A DNA stretch of 64,000 nt from an uncultured Thermoleophilia bacterium. GTDB lineage: Bacteria; Actinomycetota; Thermoleophilia; UBA2241. Positions 33,107-48,056 of this stretch are shown here, piece after piece (the stretch's first letter is position 1; each line of letters begins with the position of its first letter). The position numbers and the translations under genes were made by a program. Below the pieces are notes generated by a model. The model searched no databases and was not told the origin of the DNA. It saw nothing but the letters and a program-made list of their open reading frames with translations. The stretch is from the NCBI GenBank assembly GCA_963715985.1, contig CAVQSP010000013.1:416001-480000 (forward strand). Direction: 5' to 3'.

Positions 33107-34501
33107 ATGATGCACCGGCGCGCCGTCGCCGATCTGAGCACCACCCCCTTCTGGCTGGACAGCCCGGACGCCCCTGCGCCCGCCGGGCCGCTGACGGGTT
33201 TCCACGAGTGCGACCTCGCCGTGATCGGCGGTGGCTTCACCGGCTTGTGGACGGCGCTCCAGGCCAAGGAGCGCGACCCCTCTCGCGATGTCCTGCTGCT
33301 CGAGGCGGGACGTGTGGGCTGGGCGGCGTCCGGCCGCAACGGCGGCTTCTGCATGGCCACGCTCACGCACGGCATCGGCAACGGCGAGTCGCACTTTCCC
33401 CGGGAGATCCGCCGCCTGGAGACCTTGGGCATGCAGAACCTCGAGGGTATCGAGAAGACGTGCGCCCGCTACGGCATCGAATGCTCGTGGGAGCGCACGG
33501 GGGAGCTTGGGCTGGCGACCGCGGAGTGGCAGGCCGAGGCGTTGCGCGCGGAGTCCCGGGCGCTCTCGCGCAGCGAGCGACCGTTCGAGCTCTTCGACCG
33601 CGAGGCCATCCGGGCGGAGGTGGGCGCGCCCTCCGCTGTCGCCGGCCTGTGGTTCCCGGACAGCTGTGCCATGGTGGACCCGGCGCGCCTCGCCTGGGGC
33701 CTGGCGCGGGCCTGCCGCAGCCTCGGCGTGCGGATCGTCGAAGGCACGCCGGTCACCGGTCTCGCGCGCGCCGGCGCCGGCGTGCGGCTGACGACGCCGG
33801 CCGCCACCGTGCGCGCCGCCACCGTCGCTCTGGCCACCAACGCGTATCCGCCGCTGCTCCAGCGCCTCCGCGTGTCCTTCGTGCCCGTGTACGACTACGC
33901 CCTGGTCACGGAGCCGCTCTCTGCCGGGCAGCGCGCCTCGCTCGGGTGGACGCGCAGGCAGGGCCTGTACGACGCCGGCAATCACTTCCACTACTTCCGC
34001 CTCATCGGCGAGGACCGCGTGCTGTGGGGTGGCTACGACGCCATCTATCACTTCGGCAACGCTGTGCGCCCGGAGTTCGAGTGGCGGCCGGCGACGTTCG
34101 AGAGGCTGGCGCGGAACTTCTTCGCCATGTTCCCGCAGCTCGAGGGCCTGCGCTTCTCTCACGGCTGGGGCGGCGCCATCGACACCAGCACCCGCTTCTG
34201 CCCGTTCTTCGGCCGCGCCGCCGGCGGTCGCGTCGCCTACGCGCTCGGCTTCACCGGGATGGGGGTGGGCGCCTCGCGGTTCGCGGCGCAGGTCGTGCTC
34301 GACCTGCTCTCCGGACAGCGCACCGACCTGACCGAGCTGGAGCTGGTGCGCAGCCGGCCGGTTCCGTGGCCGCCCGAGCCGCTCCGCTGGGGCATCGTGG
34401 AGCTCACGCAGCGCTCCATGACCTACGCGGACGAGCACGGCGGCGCCCGCAACGCCTGGCTGCGCATGCTCGACCGGCTCGGCCTGGGCTTCGACAGCTG
34501 A
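33107..34501 (+). CDS. FAD-dependent oxidoreductase (DAO/PuuB-OrdL family, amine or amino-acid oxidase)
   Basis: IGGGFTGLW, ASGRNGG, DPARLA, ATNAY, WGGAID, GFTGMGVGA. Confidence 0.85.
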   Translation: MMHRRAVADLSTTPFWLDSPDAPAPAGPLTGFHECDLAVIGGGFTGLWTALQAKERDPSRDVLLLEAGRVGWAASGRNGGFCMATLTHGIGNGESHFPREIRRLETLGMQNLEGIEKTCARYGIECSWERTGELGLATAEWQAEALRAESRALSRSERPFELFDREAIRAEVGAPSAVAGLWFPDSCAMVDPARLAWGLARACRSLGVRIVEGTPVTGLARAGAGVRLTTPAATVRAATVALATNAYPPLLQRLRVSFVPVYDYALVTEPLSAGQRASLGWTRRQGLYDAGNHFHYFRLIGEDRVLWGGYDAIYHFGNAVRPEFEWRPATFERLARNFFAMFPQLEGLRFSHGWGGAIDTSTRFCPFFGRAAGGRVAYALGFTGMGVGASRFAAQVVLDLLSGQRTDLTELELVRSRPVPWPPEPLRWGIVELTQRSMTYADEHGGARNAWLRMLDRLGLGFDS

Positions 34502-34565
34502 GCCGGTAGGGCTGGTCGCAGGCCGCTGCGTCCGCGCCGGGCGACCCTGCGGCGGCTGCGCTCCC

Positions 34566-36711
34566 TCAGGCCTCTTCCGCGGCGGCGACCACGCTCACAG
34601 GCGCCGTGGCGGCCTCGCCGGCGAGCTCCTCGTCGGCGCCCTTCTTCGTCCACCTCGGTCCCGGCCAGCCCGCCTTGGGCCCGATCCACAGGGTGAGCCC
34701 GGGCACCAGTGCCGTGCGTACCAGGAACGTGTCGATGAGCACGCCCAGCGCCACGCCGATGCTGATCTCGCCGAGGTCCTTGACCGGCTGCGAGAGCAGG
34801 ATGAGGAAGGTGCCGGCGAGGATGATGCCGGCGCTGGTGAGCACGCCGCCGGTGGCGGCCAGCGCCTTCACGGTGCCGTCCCGGAGACCGCGCAGCATGG
34901 CCTCGCCGCGGATGCGCGTGGTGATGAAGATGTTGTAGTCGCTGCCCAGCGCGACCAGGAAGATGAACATGTACAGCGGGATGCGGTAGCTGATCTGGCC
35001 CCAGCCCAGCAGCTTCTCGGTGATGACGATGGTCGCTCCGAGCGCGGCCAGGTACGAGAGCACGTTGGTGAGCAGCAGGTAGAGCGGCGCGATGACGGCG
35101 CGCAGCAGGAGCGCCAGGATGATGCCCACCACGACCAGGGCGATGGCGGCGATGACGACGGTGTCGCGGTTGCTGATCTGCCAGGTGTCGGCCTGGATCG
35201 CGGTCGGGCCGCCGACGAGTGCGACGCCGCCGCCCTGGGCTGCAGCCTTCTGCGCAGTGGCGCGCAACTGCGCGCAGCTGCTCCAGCGCCTGCTTGGAGT
35301 ACGGGTCGCCCTTGAAGATGACCTGGAAGCTCAGGAGCTTGCCGTCGAGCGCCGTGCCGGTGGGGAAGGCGGCGGCCACTCCGGGGCTCTTGTTGAGGGC
35401 GCCGGTGATCATGCCGGTGACGAACTCGGGCGGCGCCTGCGGCGCCTTGATGAGCACCGTCGTGGGCGCCAGCGCCCCCTTGGGGAAGTGCTTCTCGAGC
35501 AGCGCGTAGCCCTCCTTGGACGGCATGCTCGTGAGGAAGTCGTCGGTGAAGCTGAAGCGGGGGCTGTAGAACAGGCAGCCCAGAGCCAGCACGACGAGGA
35601 TGGCGGCGACCACGGCCGCGGCGCGCGCGGGAGCCGCGGCCACGCGCTCGGCGACGCGCTGCCAGGAGCCCTGCTTGCTGACGTCGCCCTCCTTGGGCAC
35701 GCGCGGCCAGAAGGCGCGGCGGCCGAGCAGGGCGAGCAGGGCCGGCATCAGGGTGAGGGCGGCGATGAGGGTGATGAAGACGCCGCCCCCCAGCACCGGC
35801 GCGAAGGAGCGGTAGTCGCCGTAGCTGGCGAACGAGAGCGTCAGCACGGCGAGCGTGACGGTGAGGCCGCTGGCGGCGATGGCCTCCCAGGTCTCCGCGA
35901 GGGCGGTGGCCAGGGCGGTGCGCGCGTCCGGCTCGTGGCGCAGCTCCTCGCGGTAGCGCGAGATGAGCAGCAGCCCGTAGTCGGTCCCGGCCCCGAACAG
36001 CAGGATGACCATGAGCGATGTGGCCTGCCCGGACAGCGTGTCGCCGAGGGCGTTGGCGGCGATGGCCAGGAGCCCGCCGGCCACGAAGTAGCCGAAGCCG
36101 ACGGTGACCAGCGGCACGAACGGCAGCACCGGCGAGCGGTAGATGAGCAGCAGCAGCACGAGCACGAGGATGACGGTGCCGATGAGCAGCTTGACGTCGG
36201 CGTTGAGGAAGATCTTGTAGACGTCGGTGATCAGGCCACCGGGGCCCGTGACCCGCACCTGCATGCCGTCGACGCTCTCCCCGAAGTGGTCGCGGATGGT
36301 CTGCACGGAGTCGCGGAAGGATTCGTCGCCCGGATTGCCGTTGAGGCTGGCGAAGAGCAGCGCTCCTTTGCCGTCCTCGGCGAACTGCACGTTGGCGCTG
36401 TTGATGGGCTCGGCGCCGCTCTTGAGCCAGGCCTCACCCTGGCCGACGGCCGCCTTCTGGGCGGCCGTGAGCGGCGCGTCCGAGCTGTACACCACGATCA
36501 CCGGCGTGCCCTTGGCGTTGGGGAACGAGGCCTGCTGCAGCGCGTCGGCGCGCTTGCTCTCCACCGTGGCCGCCAGCGACTTGGAGGCGTCGTTGCTGGT
36601 CACGCTCTGCAGCTTGGGGCCCATGGAGAGCGCCCCGGCGATCAGGATCCACACGGCGATGACGATCCACGGATGCTTGCCGCGCGTGGACCAGGTGATG
36701 ATGTTGCGCAT
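34566..36711 (-). CDS. MMPL family RND transporter (frameshift near 35270)
   Basis: TGPGG, FGAGTDYGLLLISRYREEL, second repeat VALGSDYNIF, GVLIDTFLVRTALVP. Confidence 0.9.
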
Positions 36712-36804
36712 GTCTCGCTGCCCCTTCGTCGTGATGGTGAGCCGCCCCCAAGGGCCACATCATACCCGCGCGGGGGACTCGCCCTCAGGCGCGACCGAGG
36801 GAGA

Positions 36805-37254
36805 TCAGCTGCCGCGCCGCTCCGGGCCGTCGTGCGGCTGGCGCGCCTCGCGGCGGTCGGCGACCACGCGCGTCGCGAGGTCGACGCGCTCCTCCGGCAC
36901 GAGGGAGGCCTTGCCTCCCCGCTGTGCGTCGTTGCGTGCCTGCACCAGGAGGGTCACCAGATCGTCGTCCGGGCCGCTGAGCCAGAGACGGTCCGCGGTC
37001 GCGCCGGCGTCGCGTGGCGCCTCCACCTCCCTCCACACGTCGCCGTCGTCGAGCAGCAGGTAGCGCACCTCGGCGACTCGTTGGCGGGGATCCTGCATGA
37101 GCCATCCACGCACCTCGCCGGCCTGCGCCTGTGGCTGTCCGAAGACGACCGTGCAGTTGGGCGTGAGTCCGGCCAGTCGAAGAGCCCCGAGATGCTTCGT
37201 GACGATGTCCCTCAGCTTGGCGCGAGGGTACTTTGGTTGATAGCCGGGGTCCAC
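36805..37254 (-). CDS. Hypothetical protein, divergent from clpC
   Basis: GTG start with GAAAGG SD; plausible globular sequence (VRYLLLDDGDVWREV); no family recognised. Confidence 0.55.
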   Translation of the reverse strand: MDPGYQPKYPRAKLRDIVTKHLGALRLAGLTPNCTVVFGQPQAQAGEVRGWLMQDPRQRVAEVRYLLLDDGDVWREVEAPRDAGATADRLWLSGPDDDLVTLLVQARNDAQRGGKASLVPEERVDLATRVVADRREARQPHDGPERRGS

Positions 37255-37475
37255 GGTCCGCCTTTCGTCGTGTGGGCGGGATTGTAACCGCTGAGGCCCC
37301 CAGAACGAAGGCCCCGACGGGTGCGGGGCTCGGGTCGCGTCTCGCCGTGAATCGGGTACCATTAGGCTACGTCTGGTCTCCGGAGGGTACGTTGGAGACC
37401 GAGAGCAAGCACCGGCGGCCGCCCGCGTTCCCACCCGAGACCCACGACGGCCCCCGTTCCGGAAGGAGTGGCCTG

Positions 37476-40037
<2,562 letters not shown>

Positions 40038-40087
40038 AGCAGGCGAGTGACGGAGCCTGAGGCGGCGAGCGGCCGGGGTCACTGACC

Positions 40088-41509
<1,422 letters not shown>

Positions 41510-41514
41510 GAACG

Positions 41515-42051
41515 TTGTATTCAGTCGGTGACAAGGTCGTGTACCCGCATCACGGTGCGGGCAAGATCATGAAGATCGAGCAGAAGGAAGTCCTCGGTCA
41601 GCAGCGCGACTATCTCACGATCCAGATCCTGCACAACGACATGACCGTCATGGTCCCGGTGGAGAACGCCGATCGCGCCGGCCTGCGCAAGGTCGTCGAG
41701 TCGGACGTCGTCGACCAGGTCCTCGAGGTCCTGCGCGGCGACCCCACCAAGATGCCCAAGAACTGGAGCCGTCGCTACAAGCATAACCGCGACAAGCTCA
41801 AGACGGGCGACATCTTCGAGGTCGCCGAGGTCGTCCGCAATCTCGCCATCCGGCACGCGCTCAAGGGCCTCTCCACCGGCGAGAAGCAGATGTTCTCCAA
41901 GGCGAAGAAGATCCTCGCCAGCGAGCTCATGTACGCGCGTGACTTCAGTGAGGACGAGGCCAACGCCTTCCTCGAAGAGGTACTCGAGAACATCCACGTC
42001 GATGGGCAGCCGGTTGTCGACGAGCCGCTCGAGCCGGCCACCGTCGTCTGA
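41515..42051 (+). CDS. carD: CarD family transcription factor
   Basis: YSVGDKVVYPHHGAG, NWSRRYK, GDIFEVAEVVRNL, LSTGEK; TTG start. Confidence 0.95.
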   Translation: MYSVGDKVVYPHHGAGKIMKIEQKEVLGQQRDYLTIQILHNDMTVMVPVENADRAGLRKVVESDVVDQVLEVLRGDPTKMPKNWSRRYKHNRDKLKTGDIFEVAEVVRNLAIRHALKGLSTGEKQMFSKAKKILASELMYARDFSEDEANAFLEEVLENIHVDGQPVVDEPLEPATVV

Positions 42052-42091
42052 GGACGGCGTAACGCCGGACCAGGGGCCCGCACCCAGGGGC

Positions 42092-43144
42092 GTGCTCGCC
42101 CCTGCCGTGCGCATCCTCTTCGCTCTGCTCGGGGCCCTGGCCGGGTACCAGATCGCCGAGCGCATCCGCGAGTCGTCCTTCGCGCCCGGCCTGGACCAGG
42201 CCGGCAAGATCGTCTGGCTGCTGGCCTTCACCCTCGTCGGCTTGGGCGTGGGCTACGCCTGCGGCGTCCTGCTCTCGCGCTCGGTGCGGCGCGGCCTCGA
42301 CCACATGGACGAGATCATGGCCCGCGCCTCGGGCGCCGAGGTCGTGGTGGCCATCGGCGGCGTGGTCGTCGGGCTCGTCATCGCGACGCTCATCAGCATC
42401 GCCCTCGTGCGCATCCCCTACGTGGGCCCGTACCTCACCATCCCGATCTACCTGCTGTCGGGGTACGTCACCGCATACGTGGCGGCGCGCAAGCACGTGG
42501 AGATCCTCAGGCTTCTCGGTCTGCGCGGCGCCTTCGCCGTGCTGCCCGGGCTCACGCCGTCCAAGCTCCTCGACTCCAGCGCGATCATCGACGGGCGCAT
42601 CCTCGACATCGCCAACACGGGCTTCGTGGAGGGTGAGATCCTCGTGCCGCGCTTCGTGCTCGAGGAGCTGCAGCGCCTGGCCGACTCCGGCGACGCCGAG
42701 AAGCGCGTGCGCGGCCGCCGCGGCCTGGACTTCGTGCGGCGCCTGCAGAACACGTCCGGGGCGGTGCGCATCGACGACGCCGACTATCCAGACATCGACG
42801 CGGTGGACGCCAAGCTCGTGAGGCTCGCGCGCGATCGCGGGGCCTTCATCCTCACCACCGACCACACGCTCAACAAGGTCGCCGAGATCCAGGGCGTCAA
42901 AGTGCTCAACGTGAACGACCTCGCCAACTCGGTGAAGCCGGCCGTCCTCCCGGGTGAGGTCATCGAAGTCAAGATCCTGCGCGAGGGACGCGAGCAGGAC
43001 CAGGGAGTGGGCTACCTCGACGACGGCACCATGATCGTCGTCGAGTCGGGGGCTCTGCTCGTGGGCTCGCGCGTCAAGGCCGAGGTCACCAGCGTGCTGC
43101 AGAGCCCCTCGGGCAAGATGATCTTCACGCGGGTGCTGCCGTAG
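42092..43144 (+). CDS. Membrane PIN/TRAM domain protein (YacL-like); start uncertain
   Basis: 4 TMs, LLDSSAIIDGRI, RGRRGLD, VDAKL, QGVGYLDDGTMIVVE, SVLQSPSGKMIF. Confidence 0.92.
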   Translation: MLAPAVRILFALLGALAGYQIAERIRESSFAPGLDQAGKIVWLLAFTLVGLGVGYACGVLLSRSVRRGLDHMDEIMARASGAEVVVAIGGVVVGLVIATLISIALVRIPYVGPYLTIPIYLLSGYVTAYVAARKHVEILRLLGLRGAFAVLPGLTPSKLLDSSAIIDGRILDIANTGFVEGEILVPRFVLEELQRLADSGDAEKRVRGRRGLDFVRRLQNTSGAVRIDDADYPDIDAVDAKLVRLARDRGAFILTTDHTLNKVAEIQGVKVLNVNDLANSVKPAVLPGEVIEVKILREGREQDQGVGYLDDGTMIVVESGALLVGSRVKAEVTSVLQSPSGKMIFTRVLP

Positions 43145-43175
43145 GGCGCGCCGCCAGCCAAAGGGGGGCAGAGTG

Positions 43176-43892
43176 ATGGAGGAACAGCAGGCCGGAGAGC
43201 TCTGGGTCATCGTCGCCGCGGCGGGTGAGAGCCGTCGTATGGGCTTGCCGGACGGCGAGTCCAAGCAGTTCCTGCTGCTCGGCGGCGAGCCCATCCTCAA
43301 CCACTCCGTACGCCGCCTGTTGGCCATGCCCGAGGTCGACGGCATGGTCGTCGTGCTCCACCCCTCCCACACCGTGCGCTTCGCCGGCGAGCTGCTGGCG
43401 TTCGACGACACCAAGCCGCTGCTGATCGCCGAGGGCGGCCGCAAGCGCTCCGACTCGGTGCGCGCCGGGCTGCTCGAGGTGCCGTCGACCGCCTCCATGA
43501 TCGCCGTGCACGACGGGGCGCGGCCGCTCTTCTCGCGCCACGTCTTCGAGCGCTGCATCACGGCGCTCGGCAAAGCCGACGGCGCCGTGCCCGGCATCGA
43601 GGTCAGCGACACGCTCAAGCGCGCCGACGTCGCCGGGTCGGTGGAGACCACCGTGGACCGTGCCGGCCTGTGGGCGGCGCAGACGCCGCAGGTGTTCCGC
43701 GCCGCTGCGCTGCGGGACGTGTACTCGCGCCCCGACCTGGACGGCGCCACCGATGACGCCGCCCTGCTGGAGCGCGGCGGCTACTCCGTGCGGCTCGTCC
43801 CGTCCACGCCGGCGAACGTCAAGATCACCACGCCGGCGGACCTGCCGCTGGCCGGCGCGCTGCTCTCCTGGGAGGTCGAGGCAGACGTATAG
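43176..43892 (+). CDS. ispD: 2-C-methyl-D-erythritol 4-phosphate cytidylyltransferase
   Basis: [43 protein letters not shown]. Confidence 0.94.
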   Translation: MEEQQAGELWVIVAAAGESRRMGLPDGESKQFLLLGGEPILNHSVRRLLAMPEVDGMVVVLHPSHTVRFAGELLAFDDTKPLLIAEGGRKRSDSVRAGLLEVPSTASMIAVHDGARPLFSRHVFERCITALGKADGAVPGIEVSDTLKRADVAGSVETTVDRAGLWAAQTPQVFRAAALRDVYSRPDLDGATDDAALLERGGYSVRLVPSTPANVKITTPADLPLAGALLSWEVEADV

Positions 43893-44364
43893 GGTAGGCA
43901 GCGGCTACGACGCCCACCGTCTCGCTGTCGGGCGCCGCCTGGTGCTCTGCGGCGTGCAGATCGACCACCCGCTGGGCCTCGCCGGGCACTCCGACGCCGA
44001 CGTCCCGGTGCACGCCCTCATGGACGCGCTGCTGGGGGCGGCCGGCGCCGGCGACATCGGCGCGCTCTTCCCCGACACCGACCCGGCCTTCCGCGACGCT
44101 CGAGTGTGGAGCTGTTGCGGCGTGTGGTGGAACGACTGCGCGCGGACGGCTGGAGCGTCGGCAACGCCGACGTCACCATCGTCTGCGAACAGCCGAGGGT
44201 GGCCGGCTACCGGGAGCGTCATGCGCGCCAACCTGGCGGCGGCGCTGGGGGTGGCCCGGGAGGCCGTGAGCGTCAAGGGCACGACCACCGAGGGCATGGG
44301 ATTCGAAGGCCGTGGCGAAGGGATCTCCGCCACGGCCGTGTGTCTGCTTACGCGCGAGGGGTGA
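43888..44364 (+). CDS. ispF: 2-C-methyl-D-erythritol 2,4-cyclodiphosphate synthase (compensating frameshifts ~44100 and ~44220; start codon not visible)
   Basis: [57 protein letters not shown]. Confidence 0.9.
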   Translation, partial: YRVGSGYDAHRLAVGRRLVLCGVQIDHPLGLAGHSDADVPVHALMDALLGAAGAGDIGALFPDTDPAFRDARVWSCCGVWWNDCARTAGASATPTSPSSANSRGWPATGSVMRANLAAALGVAREAVSVKGTTTEGMGFEGRGEGISATAVCLLTREG

Positions 44365-44389
44365 GCCGGCGAGCCCGGCCCGGCGCCGC

Positions 44390-44602
44390 TCAGGCGTCGG
44401 CGGGCTTGTCGCCCTTCGTGGAGATCTGCTTGGCCGGCGCCTCGTCGTCGGGGTCGTCCACCACTTCGTCGTTGAGACCCTGCTTGAAGCCCTTGATGCT
44501 CTGGCCCATGGAGCGGCCGAGCTTGGGGAGCCGGGTGGCGCCGAAGAGCAGCAGGATCACGAGGACGATGAGGCCGATCTCCAGAGGTCCAAGGTTGGGC
44601 AT
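44390..44602 (-). CDS. tatA: Twin-arginine translocase subunit TatA
   Basis: MPNLGPLEIGLIVLVILLLFGATRLPKLGRSMGQSIKGFK. Confidence 0.93.
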   Translation of the reverse strand: MPNLGPLEIGLIVLVILLLFGATRLPKLGRSMGQSIKGFKQGLNDEVVDDPDDEAPAKQISTKGDKPADA

Positions 44603-44767
44603 GTCACTCTCCTGAGGTGCTCGGCGCCGGCGGTGTGCCGGCGCCGCTATGGGCGGGATGAAGCGTGTGCCTCTGCTGACACTGTACGGCCTCACACGGC
44701 CGTAAGCAAGAAAGGGGCGCGGCCACGCGTCCGGGCAGGGATCGACGGAGGGCCGGGCGGGCTGATG

Positions 44768-44791
44768 ACTATTGCTAAGTAACTGAGTGTT
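44768..44791. promoter_or_regulatory. Operator-like 24-bp element, copy 1
   Basis: ACTATTGCTAAGTAACTGAGTGTT, 22/24 identical to copy 2. Confidence 0.7.
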
Positions 44792-44971
44792 TGTTATTCT
44801 CACCGGGCAAGGCACTCTGCGGGGCCCGGAGACTCATGCCGAGATCGTCGCAGCAGTGAGATCGCTCGACTCGTTCGGAGACGTCACGGACGACGACATC
44901 GTCTGTCTTGGGGTCCTGCTCTTCTGAGCTTCGTCTCGCTGGCAGGCCGGCGCAGTGACGACGGTGGGTGT

Positions 44972-45019
44972 TTGCGGGACGCGCGATCGTCCGATACTAT
45001 TGCTAAGTTACTTAGTGTT
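44972..45019 (+). promoter_or_regulatory. Promoter of the Mo-enzyme operon overlapped by operator copy 2
   Basis: TTGCGG(44972-77), 17 nt, TACTAT(44995-45000); ACTATTGCTAAGTTACTTAGTGTT (44996-45019) contains palindrome CTAAGT-T-ACTTAG. Confidence 0.7.
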
Positions 45020-45043
45020 GATTTACGCTTGCGAGGAGGACCC

Positions 45044-45342
45044 ATGAGAATGACCGGCCGAAGTCACCTCCCGAGCATGACAAGACGACGCTTCGTGGCG
45101 ACTGCCGGTCTCGCCGCGCTCGCAGCGCTGGTGATCGGGGCGGCGAAGAAGGCGGACCCGGTGGTCGCCGCGGCCGCTCCAGTGCTGCGACCGGATGCCG
45201 CCGGCACCAGCGCCGGCCGCTGCGCCCACTGCGGCTCGGCGACGCACGCGACGCTGAGCCCCGCCTGCGACGTGGGCGCCGTGCCGAGGCGCGCTCTGCA
45301 GAGCGAGGCATGGCGCCGTGCGGCCGGGAGGGCGGCGCATGA
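45044..45342 (+). CDS. Small Tat-signal protein with C-x2-C-x4-H-x6-C motif (stop inferred at the ATGA overlap; needs a 1-nt correction)
   Basis: SD GAGGAGG; MTRRRFVATAGLAALAALV; CAHCGSATHATLSPAC. Confidence 0.6.
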
Positions 45343-48053
45343 AGACCACCCGCCGCCAGTTCCTCGTGGGCGCCGGGCGTGCCGCCGGGAGGGCGGCCGC
45401 GGCCGGCGCGCTCGGTCCGCTAACGACCGACGTCTTGGCCGGCAGGGACGAGGCGCCCCACTCCCTGCCGGTCGACCGGGTGGTGCGCACCACCTGCTCC
45501 CCGAACTGCACCGGGTCCTGCGGGCAGCTGGCCTTCGTGCGCGACGGCAACGTGGTCAAGGTCCAGCAGGCGGCCGACTACCCGGAGAACGAGTACAACC
45601 CGCGCGGCTGCATGAAGGGCATCTCCTACCACCTGCTGATCCACGGCCCCGACCGCATCCAGACGCCGCTCGTGCGGACCGGGCGAGCGCGGGATCGGGC
45701 GAGTTCCGCGAGGCGACGCTGGGACGAGGTCCTCGAGCGCATCGCCGGCGGAGCTCAAGCGCATCGGCGACGAGTGGGGCTGGGACATCGGTCCACGTCT
45801 TCAGCCAGGTGCCGGGCTCCGGCTACATCCAGAAGGGCGCCGCCTACCGCGCCTGTGCCGCGCTCGGCATGACGCACGGCACGAGCTTCGACTTCAACGG
45901 CGACCTGCCCATGGGCATGCCGATCACGTTCGGCGTGCAGAACGCCGAGCACGAGTCCAAGGACTGGGCCAACAGCCGCTTCATCCTGCTGATCGGCGCC
46001 AACCCGCTGGAGACGCGCATCCCCGACGTGCACTTCATCCACGACGCGGTCGAGAAGGGCGCCCGCCTCGTGGTCGTGGACCCGACCTTCTCGTCGACGG
46101 CGGCGAAGGCCGATGCCTGGCTGCAGATCAAGCCCGGCACCGACGCGGCGCTCGGCCTCGCCCTCTGCCGCCAGGTCGTCGGCGGACGGCAAGGCCGACT
46201 GGGACTTCATGCGCACGTACACGGACGCGCCGCTGCTGGTGCGCACGCGACACCGGCAAGCGCTGCGCGCGGACGAGCTGGCCGCGCGGCGAGGCCCGCG
46301 ACCCGGGCCCGGCCGCGGGCGTCGGCCTCGGCGAGTACGGCAGCAAGGCGCCGCCGGTCGGGGACGGCCCCGGACGCCGCGCACTCGGAGCCCGCCGGCG
46401 CACGGCCTGCCGCCGCTCGCCGAACGACCGCTACGTCGCCTGGGACGCCGCGCGGGGCGAGCCGGTGGTCGTCGGCACCGACCGGCTCGGCATCCCCGCG
46501 GGCGTGCGAGGCCGCCCTCGACGGCGACGTACACGCGTGAAGCTCGCCGACGGCGTCGCGCGTCGACGCGTGACGCCCGGGTTCGCGCTCGTGCGCGCGG
46601 AGCTCGACCGCTGGACGCCGGAGCGCGCCGCCGAGGTCACCGGCGTCCCGGCCGAGACCATCGTCGCGCGTGGCGCGACGCCTTCGCCGCCGAGCGCCCG
46701 GCCGCCGTCATCATGGGCGGCGGCAGCAACCACTGGTTCCACGGCGACCTCACCGGGCGCGCCTTCGCGCTGCTCGCCTCGCCTCACCGGCAACGTCGGC
46801 CGCTCGGGCGGCGGCTTCTCGGTGTACGTCGGCCAGTACAAGGTGCGCGTGGACACCTCGCCGTGGTGGGCGCTCGGCGACGTCAAAGGCCAAGTCGTCC
46901 CCAGCGTCTACTTCGTGCGCGGGCGCACCGAGACCATGAACGAGACGGTCCCGTACCCGGAGAACGGCTTCAAGGCGCTCATCTGCACCTTCGCCAACAT
47001 GTTCCTGCAGGCGATGGACGTGAACCGCTGCACCAGACGCTGGACGGCTGCGAGCTCGTCGTGGTGGTCGACCACCAGATGACCGACACCGCGAAGTGGG
47101 CCGACATCGTGCTGCCGGCCGCCACCTGGTACGAGAAGACCGACCTCACGGCCACGCCGCTGCACCCGTACCTGCAGATCCAGCAGGAGGCGATCCCGCC
47201 GGTGGGCGAGTCGAAGCCCGGAGCTCTGGATGTGGCAGGAGATCGTCAAGCGCATCGACCCGGCGCTGTTCGAGAAGTACTTCGACATGACGGCCGAGGA
47301 GGCGATCGAGGCGATCCTCGCCCAGGGCGGCTCCACCGAGGGCATCACGCTCGAGCAGCTCCAGGCCGGGCCGGTGCGGCTGAACGTGCCCGACCCGGAC
47401 GTGGCCTTCGTGCGCCAGGTCGAGGAGCTCGCGCCGTTCCCGCCGCCGTCGCTGCCGGCGCCGCTGGAGGCGACCGCCGTGTTCATCCCGACGCGGCGGG
47501 CCGAGTTCTACAAGGAGGAGGACCGCTTTCTGGAGCTCGGTGAAGCGGTCCCCACGTACAAGCCGCCGCACGACGACGAGGTGCACGATCCCGGCCGAGT
47601 ACCCGATCGCGCTGCTCTCGCCGCACTCCAAGTGGCGCATCCACTCGAGCTACGCCAACGTGGCCTGGCTCAACGAGATCACCGGCGGCCGGGCGCCCGT
47701 GCTGCTCAGCCCGAGCCACCGCGGCCGAGCGCGGCATCGGCGAGGGCGACCTCGTCGAACTGCGCAACACGCGCGGCAGCGTCCGCGCCTGGGCGCACCT
47801 CACGCGCGGCCGCCCGGCCCGGCACCGCCACCCTCTTCGAGGGCTGGTGGAGCCGGCAGCTCGGCGGCGGCAAGAGCGTCAACGAGCTCACCTCGTCCGA
47901 GGTGAACCCCATCCACGAGATCCACTACGTGGCCAACATGTGGGCGCCCTCCACCGGCTGGAAGGACTGCCGCTGCGAGGTCACGCGGATCGGCGACGGC
48001 ATCGACGCCGAGGTGCCGCGTCCGCCGGCACTGTCCGGCGCGCGAGGAGGTGA
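45339..48053 (+). CDS. Tat-exported Mo-bisPGD oxidoreductase alpha subunit, NarG/SerA/DdhA (type II) clade; many frameshifts
   Basis: TRRQFL; [10 protein letters not shown]...[10 protein letters not shown]0 motif; [13 protein letters not shown]...ESKDWANS...ETRIPDVHF matches the NarG Asp-ligand region; [30 protein letters not shown]. Confidence 0.82.
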
Positions 48054-48056
48054 CCC

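Noticed and set aside
45219-45270. c-type heme motif in the small Tat protein
   Set aside because: Sequence is CAHCG, not CxxCH, and c-type cytochromes normally use Sec export
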